Assembly: GCF_000306885.1 (NCBI RefSeq)
Contig: NC_018267.1
Coordinates: 540,001-572,000, forward strand
Direction: 5' to 3'
Origin: Wolbachia endosymbiont of Onchocerca ochengi
Lineage (GTDB): Bacteria > Pseudomonadota > Alphaproteobacteria > Rickettsiales > Anaplasmataceae
Length of the DNA: 32,000 nt
Shown here: positions 25,711 to 32,000 of the stretch, in pieces
Position numbering within the stretch: position 1 is the first letter of the stretch
Layout: every line of letters begins with the position of its first letter
The notes under the pieces: generated by a model
What the model saw: only the letters and a program-made list of their open reading frames with translations
Database searches by the model: none
What the model was told of the DNA's origin: nothing
Program-made: the position numbers and the translations under genes

Positions 25711-27918
25711 TTAACCAATATTCCAGGTACTTTGCTCTTTTTGCTTCTGCACATGTTTTTTAGCCTTCGGTAAATCTATCTTTCCTGGCGGCAGATCAAG
25801 TTTTGACTTTGGTGATTTTGTGATTTCTTTATATAGTACACTAAGAGGAGTGCGTACAGAAAGCAACTCCTGAGGTTTAAATTCTTGACTATGCTTTCTG
25901 TATAACATTAATGATATACGTGGAACTCCAGTAATTGCAATCTTAGGAATTTTTTGCTTAAGGGGAGATAACATCTTTGTTATGAAGGATTTATCATCAG
26001 TATTTAGTGTATTGAATTTCTGTAACTCTAATGGAGTGCTGCTATTTGATTCTCTTTCTTTGCTACAGAGCGAACTAACTCTATGTTTCTTTAAAAATTC
26101 ACTTCCAGGTTCACTGTTTGCTCTGTTCTTTACATACCCTGCTTTAGAACGCTCATCGCTATTTTTATCAGAAGCTGAAGAGGAAGGGAACAGTGGTACT
26201 TTTTGATTACTGTGGGGCATAGGCCTGCATGCTGGAATATCATTACTTAGAGAATACTCAGAATATCTCTCCCTTAAAGATTTACCACTTATCCCAGATG
26301 AATTTATATTATAACACGGCTTCCCTTTTTCTGCTTCTTGTCCTGATCTTTGGTTGAGCAGCTGTTGTACCCTTGCTTGTTTGAACAATGGCTTTAGTGA
26401 TTCACCCTTATCGTCAGAACTTAAATGTTTATTAGACACTTTCTTTGGTAACGCTAGATTTGAGCTGCTCTCATTAGTATAATATTTCTTGTCTATATTG
26501 TTATGAGATTCATTACTAAACCATACACTACTATTATCTGAATTATTTTTACTCTTGAGATTCAATGTAGCCGGTGCATAGTGAGAACTACTGTCCAATA
26601 GCCTACTTGAACTTTCTATAATACTCGCAGGTTGTAGTGAATCTGATTTAGAAAAATAATCGCTGCTCTGGCTCAATGTTGAACTAAGTTGTATATCAGC
26701 TACCTCAGGAGTACCTAAACAGCTAACACTCTCACCATGATATTGAGATGTAGTAATCACCTCTAAATCAGACTTAGGAGATCCAAAATCAGCTGTAAAT
26801 TCAAAATATCCAGTTCTTTCATTATATGCAATTGGAGATTGCATAATTTCAGGAAGCACCTGAGCAATTTTTTTATTAGAGATAGCGTGAACTGGGCTTT
26901 TACAATTAGTAACACTTAGTCTTGTAGTCTTGCCTCTAATATCGCTCATGAGGGTTTTGCACACTGCTGCATTAATTTCATACACATCGTCACCATTTAG
27001 GGGTTCAAGCTGACCATCATGCCTTTTTATTAAAGGTATAAGGGCAAAATAATTACCACCTTCTCTTTCCTTTTCATCCGTAAAAATATCATAATCATAA
27101 CCATCAATAAATTTCCCTGCCCATTTAGAAATTAAACCACCAAGAATACCTTTGAGATTCTCAATTTTAGAATATTTTTCGCCTGGAGTTTTAAAGCTAA
27201 GTGCTATTCGCCCTTTAACATATTTTACTACATTTTCAACTACTTTATCGCTCACATTTTTAATGTATAACATGTCATCTTTATAGTGATAAAAGTCAAA
27301 ACTTTCAAGACTGCATTCTCTTAACCTTAAGTTAAGTTCTTGAATATACATCTTTTTAAACAATTCAAGAGTTTCTGAATCATATCCTTCCCTTTCAAAG
27401 TATTCGCCGTCAAAAGCTATACAATATAGATAATGCTTTTTCAAAGGGTTAGGTCCATAAAATGCTCCTATTTTAACAGTACCTCTTACCCATTCATGGC
27501 CTTCTTCTTCTGTTATCCCTGTTTTTACCACTAAGCGTGCAATCAATTTCAATGTCACAGCTCTATCAAGTTCATTAACTAAATGTATCTTTAAATTGCG
27601 TATTACTTCTTTATTTGTGGAATCTGCAAGTTCCACTGCTATAACGTTTTCATCTAAATATTTTTTATTAGTATTGGCACTTAAAACAAATGGAAAACAG
27701 TTTAAGTTATAATATCTACCTGCCACTACCTCTCTGTCAAGATATTGCTGTTTTATTATCTCCTTTCCTATTCTATGTAGGTATTCTGCTACATTAGTGC
27801 CATGAGCAAATGAACCAACAATTTTTTTGCCTTCTACAGTTAAATTAGTATTAATCCTATCACAAAAATAATTGTTTAAGTTAAACACATTAACCAGCTC
27901 TTTTATAGAATTACCCAT
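25711..27918 (-). CDS. Orphan 735-aa protein: N-terminal region (aa 1 to about 410) of ordinary composition plus a Ser/Lys-rich low-complexity C-terminal region with a basic tail; function unknown (candidate secreted effector)
   Basis: Long uninterrupted ORF in DNA that otherwise accumulates stops. SD-like AGAGGA 4 nt upstream of the ATG. By my count, Ser makes up 51 of 230 residues in aa 411-640. The last 30 aa are Lys-rich (KLDLPPGKIDLPKAKKHVQKQKEQ). No motif of any family I recognise. Confidence 0.8.
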   Translation of the reverse strand: MGNSIKELVNVFNLNNYFCDRINTNLTVEGKKIVGSFAHGTNVAEYLHRIGKEIIKQQYLDREVVAGRYYNLNCFPFVLSANTNKKYLDENVIAVELADSTNKEVIRNLKIHLVNELDRAVTLKLIARLVVKTGITEEEGHEWVRGTVKIGAFYGPNPLKKHYLYCIAFDGEYFEREGYDSETLELFKKMYIQELNLRLRECSLESFDFYHYKDDMLYIKNVSDKVVENVVKYVKGRIALSFKTPGEKYSKIENLKGILGGLISKWAGKFIDGYDYDIFTDEKEREGGNYFALIPLIKRHDGQLEPLNGDDVYEINAAVCKTLMSDIRGKTTRLSVTNCKSPVHAISNKKIAQVLPEIMQSPIAYNERTGYFEFTADFGSPKSDLEVITTSQYHGESVSCLGTPEVADIQLSSTLSQSSDYFSKSDSLQPASIIESSSRLLDSSSHYAPATLNLKSKNNSDNSSVWFSNESHNNIDKKYYTNESSSNLALPKKVSNKHLSSDDKGESLKPLFKQARVQQLLNQRSGQEAEKGKPCYNINSSGISGKSLRERYSEYSLSNDIPACRPMPHSNQKVPLFPSSSASDKNSDERSKAGYVKNRANSEPGSEFLKKHRVSSLCSKERESNSSTPLELQKFNTLNTDDKSFITKMLSPLKQKIPKIAITGVPRISLMLYRKHSQEFKPQELLSVRTPLSVLYKEITKSPKSKLDLPPGKIDLPKAKKHVQKQKEQSTWNIG

Positions 27919-27938
27919 AATTCCTCTTGTTAAAATTG

Positions 27939-28148
27939 TTATGAAATAACATTACTATTTTTACTTTTACTACCACTGGCACTAGTAGAAGTGCTACTAC
28001 CTAGTTGTGTGTTAGGTTTGTCACTTTCGCATTTTCGTTTTTCTAACCTATATTTGTTAATATCAACTTTTTCATACTTATCGCTTGGAATCCATGTACC
28101 ATCAGGTTGAGGTCCCCAATTATCTTTTTCACCATTATTGCCATGCAT
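27939..28148 (-). CDS. Small hydrophilic ORF (69 aa) immediately upstream of the 735-aa ORF; unknown function
   Basis: 'AGGGG' lies 4 nt upstream of the ATG. The stop lies 20 nt before the 735-aa start. Trp/Pro/Asp-rich N-terminus (NWGPQPDGTWIPSDKYEKV) and a Ser-rich tail. It could instead be a relic, and its short length limits confidence. Confidence 0.45.
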   Translation of the reverse strand: MHGNNGEKDNWGPQPDGTWIPSDKYEKVDINKYRLEKRKCESDKPNTQLGSSTSTSASGSKSKNSNVIS

Positions 28149-28415
28149 GTTGCCCCTAGTAAGAACATTAGGTAACTAGTATGCTAGAAATAAATTTGAG
28201 TGTAAACACTTTTTTATATTTTCCTTTTAAAAAACTTTGTTCTTTTTTTTTGTACTTCTAAACTCTAGCGTCATGTACTAAAATGGTACTTTTCTTTATT
28301 ACTAAAGTAATCAACACTAAAATCTAGTTTTTTGACAATTTCATTAAAATACCTTATTAAAACATAAATCCTATAATCACAAAATCTAATTTGCTATTAA
28401 GCCCTACTCTTTATG

Positions 28416-29813
28416 TTATCTACTTTTCGATGATGCTTCTTCTAGTGCCTTTATTAAGGATACATAATTATTGACTTTTACACCTCTAAATTCACCTGTT
28501 GGTTGGTAATTATTAACAGCAGTAGACTTTTCTCTTTGTGAACTCCTCTCAGCTACTTTTTCTTTAAGCTCATCAGCAAGGTCATTCATTTCGTACCTAC
28601 TAGTAAACTCAGATTCTTTGCTACTAATACTACTAGCAGTACTGTATTTATTGATAGATGTAGCCCTTGTTTCAATAATATCTTCATCGAAATTTATGTT
28701 GTAACCAGTAGATATTCCTTGGCTTTTAGAATCAAACGCTATTCCACCAGCCACAAATTTTTCCTCTATAAGTTTTGATGAACACATAGCTAACTTCAGT
28801 TCTTCTTTTTTTTCTACCTGTTTTGTTTTTTGCTTGTCATGTTTTAGTACCTTGGATTTATTCTTATTCATATCATCCTTGTATGTAGTGGGCTTCGTAA
28901 TCTTTAAAGATTTTGGTAAAAATTTTTGTTCTTCTTTGGTCAGAAGGATTGGCTTTTTCAACCATATTCCAGTGCTTGACACTGAAATAATACCATGTGT
29001 GAATTGGAGCTTTTTTCTTCCATCAACTTTAATTTCTACCTTTTCGTAAGCTTTTTTAGTTACTTCTTCTTTTGGCAATGTTTCTTCCGTTTTTTTATCT
29101 TCTTTTTCGGTTGTTTCTGTTGGAGATATAATTCCACCTGAAAGTAGCTCTGCAACTGATGAGGTTAACCATCCAACTAGGAATATTTGAATTTTTAGTT
29201 TCAAATTTTGTAATAACTCCAAACGATCGAGCACTTTTACAAACTCTTCTGGAGATAACTCACTACTGCCTAATTTTTTCTGTAATTCTTTCATTTCTTT
29301 GTTCAATCTTTCATTGAAACTTAAGTCTTGTGAAAAAGACCTTTTGATTAATCCCTTAAGTTTGTCATGAATAAGTTTTATAATTGTAGCAACGTGGTTT
29401 TTTTCTTCTTTTTCCTTTATTATACGGTAGATTTGTGGATCTATATCTACTCCAAGCTCGCTGTCTGTGAAGTTAAAAAATCTAAAAAGTTTCTCCAGTA
29501 AAGTATTTATACCGATTATAAAATAGTTATCTTCCTCATTAGAATGTACCTTTGAACCAGATACTCTATCACTATTAGAGTCTTTTTCAAGATTTAGTTT
29601 TTTGGATAGCAGGCTGTCAACATGACTCAATGCCTGATTTTGCAATTCAATGCGTTTAGTAGCAACACGCTTCTCAATTTCTTCTGCAGCAGTTTTAAAT
29701 TGGTTAGTTTTTTCTTTTGCAGATAAGTTTTCTGCTATAATTTTTCCAAGATAAATTGAACTATCGCTTGAGTTATTATTAGAAAAATTGTTTATCATGT
29801 TGCCTCCCGACAT
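28416..29813 (-). CDS. Orphan 465-aa protein: Asn/Ser-rich N-terminus, Lys/Glu-rich helical regions, one central hydrophobic segment; function unknown (candidate secreted or membrane-associated effector)
   Basis: Uninterrupted ORF. A strong SD 'GGGAGG' sits 4 nt before the second ATG (M6, 29798), which is therefore a plausible true start. Hydrophobic aa 208-229 (IQIFLVGWLTSSVAELLSGGII). Highly charged K/E tracts (TEKEDKKTEETLPKEEVTKK; KHDKQKTKQVEKKEELK). No recognised family. Confidence 0.75.
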   Translation of the reverse strand: MSGGNMINNFSNNNSSDSSIYLGKIIAENLSAKEKTNQFKTAAEEIEKRVATKRIELQNQALSHVDSLLSKKLNLEKDSNSDRVSGSKVHSNEEDNYFIIGINTLLEKLFRFFNFTDSELGVDIDPQIYRIIKEKEEKNHVATIIKLIHDKLKGLIKRSFSQDLSFNERLNKEMKELQKKLGSSELSPEEFVKVLDRLELLQNLKLKIQIFLVGWLTSSVAELLSGGIISPTETTEKEDKKTEETLPKEEVTKKAYEKVEIKVDGRKKLQFTHGIISVSSTGIWLKKPILLTKEEQKFLPKSLKITKPTTYKDDMNKNKSKVLKHDKQKTKQVEKKEELKLAMCSSKLIEEKFVAGGIAFDSKSQGISTGYNINFDEDIIETRATSINKYSTASSISSKESEFTSRYEMNDLADELKEKVAERSSQREKSTAVNNYQPTGEFRGVKVNNYVSLIKALEEASSKSR

Positions 29814-30128
29814 AATTAAAGTATATACTTCAATTTTACAGTACTGAATATTTAATAATTATTAATCCTAAAGTTGCCAATAAACTTTTCTAAACTTGTA
29901 TGCTATACATATTATACTATACACCATATAGCTTTTTAGTGCAATTTCTGCTATTTCTTCAAACTTTAGATTTTCAATGTACTTCAACACCTGCTTCACA
30001 GAATTAATTTTACGGACTTTGCTTTAACTGTCTTTTACCTTTGTTGTATAAAGTGTTTAATATAGGGCTATCATAGCTTTTGATATGATATTATACAGCC
30101 ATTATGTTCCTTTCTTCAAAAGATCTTT

Positions 30129-30908
30129 TTACCCTATAACACATATAACTGGCGTATGATCAGATGGATTTTTCAACTTGCGCAATTTGTCATCTATATA
30201 GCATGTTTCTAACCTATCGGCAGCTTGGGGTGATAATAGTATATAATCTATTCGCATTCCTTGATTATTTCGGAATGAATTATCTTGGTAATGCCACCAA
30301 GTAAACTGCTGTAAATCTGGATTAGATATTCTAAATGCGTCTTTAAACCCAAGATTCAAAATTGCTCTCAATTTTTCACGTTCTCTTATATGGAAACACA
30401 CTTTGCCATTCAATAAAATTGGGTCAAAAACGTCAATTCCATCTAGTGCAACATTATAATCACCAGCTACAATAGTTAGCTCTTCATTTTTCAATAAATT
30501 GATTATTTTTTCATATAAATTGTCAAAAAACTTAAGCTTATATGCAAATGCATTAGAATCTGGGCTCTGGCCATTTGGGACGTATATACTCACTACTCTT
30601 ATCTTTTGATTATCGTACTTTACTACACATTCTATATAACGTGCTTCTTGGTAACCTTCTACAATGTCAATTTTAAATTTCTCTAGTATTAGGTATTTAG
30701 ATAAAACACAAACACCGTTTCTCGCAACTTGCCCATAAACAGCACATTTATATCCAAGCTTTTTTATTTCTTCGTAAGGAAACTGTTTTTCTGTGCATTT
30801 TGTCTCTTGTAGCAAAATTATATCTATTTGATTATCAATTATGAGATTGCAGATTTGGTCAATTCTTTTACGTATAGAGTTCACATTCCAAGTTGCAATT
30901 TTTAACAT
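30129..30908 (-). CDS. xth: Exodeoxyribonuclease III (AP endonuclease)
   Basis: 259 aa with EEP-family motifs: 'WNVNS.R.R', 'D...LQETK', 'GVC..SK', 'Y.PNG', 'GD.N.A....D' and a C-terminal 'SDH.PV'. Confidence 0.93.
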   Translation of the reverse strand: MLKIATWNVNSIRKRIDQICNLIIDNQIDIILLQETKCTEKQFPYEEIKKLGYKCAVYGQVARNGVCVLSKYLILEKFKIDIVEGYQEARYIECVVKYDNQKIRVVSIYVPNGQSPDSNAFAYKLKFFDNLYEKIINLLKNEELTIVAGDYNVALDGIDVFDPILLNGKVCFHIREREKLRAILNLGFKDAFRISNPDLQQFTWWHYQDNSFRNNQGMRIDYILLSPQAADRLETCYIDDKLRKLKNPSDHTPVICVIG

Positions 30909-31621
30909 CAGTAATTCTTATTAATTATATTAATTAAACTTTCCCTAGTAGGTAACCTCGATGTTATAATTTTTTTCCATTTGATCGACTTTAAACTGTC
31001 AGCGATATTTTTACTCATAGTATATGCAATTATATTGCTTATTGTGTGAGATAAACCACTTTTTAGAACTAAAGAACAAAATACTCTCGCTGTCTGTGAA
31101 GAAAAAAAAACAACACCATTAATTTTATTACCCGATAACAAGTTTTTGCACCTGTTAGTTAAACTTTTTTTAACGATTGTTTTGTAGAGTATAACTTCTC
31201 TTACACAAAAACCTTCTTCAGATAACCTTTTTTTTAAATCGCATGATACCTCTTGTCCTCTTATGTACAAGAACTTCACTGCTATTGAATAGTGATTTTT
31301 TATGAACGATATCAACCCATCAACATTACTATCTGCTGATACAATATCAGAAAATCCTAAATCCTTTGCAGTTTGCATCGTTGAATTGCCAACAGTAATG
31401 ATTGGAAGATCACCTATCTTACATATCTGACTAAATGCCTTTACACTGTTCTTGCTTGTGGATATTACTACGTCAAATTTATATGCAGATATGTCAGGCT
31501 GTAAATGCTTTATTGTGAATACTGGTTCTATATATACTTTATATCCATGTTTTTTCAGTGCATTTCTTGTGTTTAGTGAATCTAATAAAGGCCTCGTTAA
31601 TAAAATAGACTTCATTCTCAT
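30908..31621 (-). CDS. hemD: Uroporphyrinogen-III synthase
   Basis: 237 aa. HemD-like pattern: N-terminal 'ILLTRP', '.D.V..TS.N.V.AF', 'I.TVG..T...A...GF', 'L.IRG', '.V..Y.T', 'I.GV.FFS..TA..F'. The family is weakly conserved, hence the moderate confidence. The stop overlaps the xth start (TGATG). Confidence 0.8.
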   Translation of the reverse strand: MRMKSILLTRPLLDSLNTRNALKKHGYKVYIEPVFTIKHLQPDISAYKFDVVISTSKNSVKAFSQICKIGDLPIITVGNSTMQTAKDLGFSDIVSADSNVDGLISFIKNHYSIAVKFLYIRGQEVSCDLKKRLSEEGFCVREVILYKTIVKKSLTNRCKNLLSGNKINGVVFFSSQTARVFCSLVLKSGLSHTISNIIAYTMSKNIADSLKSIKWKKIITSRLPTRESLINIINKNY

Positions 31622-32000
31622 TTGCTTTACTATAGGTGAAAATAATACCTCTATAAACGAATTGCTGAATAAAAATTTTTGAGCTACAGCAATGGTAAGG
31701 AGTACTAGTACTCTTACTGATTTAAAGTTTTCTAATTTTCATTACTTTTTATGAATTATCTTCAGTTTTAAGCATAAAGGTTAATTCTTTTTCATCTAGA
31801 GTTGCCTTATTCATCTTATAGCAACTACTTATGTAACATCTATATTTGTTGCTGACTTTTATCCACTTTTTCATTATTAAAGATTTTAGATATAATATTA
31901 TCCATCTTTCTACAGCTCCTATGTTCTATATATCAAACTGTTTTCACTATACTTAATTACTGTATATATATCATCTATGAATTTTTGATTATTCTTATTA

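Noticed and set aside
27901-27918. Eukaryotic N-myristoylation signal at the 735-aa N-terminus (MGNSIKE).
   Set aside because: Gly2 is present, but position 6 is Lys, whereas the consensus requires a small residue (S/T/A/G/C/N). It does not fit the motif.
25711-28148. The 69-aa and 735-aa ORFs being one gene split by a point nonsense mutation.
   Set aside because: The two ORFs are in different reading frames, and each has its own SD-like sequence and ATG. An ancestral frameshift cannot be excluded without orthologues, so this is kept as an alternative in the findings rather than called.
25711-29813. Whether the 465-aa and 735-aa gene pair is a cifA/cifB-like (cytoplasmic incompatibility) operon, given the size and order resemblance (a smaller A gene followed by a larger B gene).
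   Set aside because: I see no sequence resemblance to CifA/CifB as I remember them. There is no paired PD-(D/E)XK nuclease or Ulp1 deubiquitylase signature, and no surrounding WO prophage genes. The resemblance rests on gene sizes only. An HMM search against Cif families would be needed to exclude it formally.
1-32000. CRISPR arrays, IS elements or transposases, prophage/integrase genes, rRNA, tmRNA, RNase P RNA and SRP RNA.
   Set aside because: There are no regularly spaced direct repeats and no transposase or integrase-like ORFs. I could not find hallmark conserved strings such as the RNase P 'GAGGAAAGTCC' or a tmRNA/tRNA-like 3' end with T-arm plus CCA outside the two tRNAs. Structured ncRNAs cannot be fully excluded without covariance-model scans.

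Overview
AT-rich chromosomal segment from an obligate intracellular alphaproteobacterium (Rickettsiales/Anaplasmataceae). From memory, the GroEL N-terminus '[19 protein letters not shown]' and the overall gene set look Wolbachia-like; I could not run a search to confirm this. Recognisable genes are housekeeping: dcd, an RDD-family membrane protein, tRNA-Leu(CAA), dnaB, metG, a fused rpiB-ubiG ORF, dnaG, rmuC, ygfZ, groES-groEL, tRNA-Gln(UUG), cutA, the hflK-hflC-htrA operon, xth and hemD. By my feature list only about 70% of the window is coding. Four stretches of 1.0-1.9 kb (9122-10689, 12052-13337, 16327-17368, 23772-25710) carry stop codons in all frames and only short coding-like fragments. 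That pattern fits eroded genes in a reduced symbiont genome such as a filarial-nematode Wolbachia, which is inference. I found no CRISPR, IS/transposase, prophage or rRNA. The parts most worth follow-up are four orphan ORFs. Three are co-oriented downstream of hemD-xth (465 aa, 69 aa and 735 aa, minus strand, 25711-29813) and have Ser/Lys/Glu-rich low-complexity regions, so they are candidate secreted host-interaction proteins. The fourth is a 439-aa membrane protein next to hflK with an alpha-synuclein-like KTK(D/E)G-V motif, reminiscent of the Wolbachia effector WalE1. Other points of interest are an A9 homopolymer exactly at the RpiB-UbiG fusion joint and a 21/22-nt repeat shared between two gene-free stretches.
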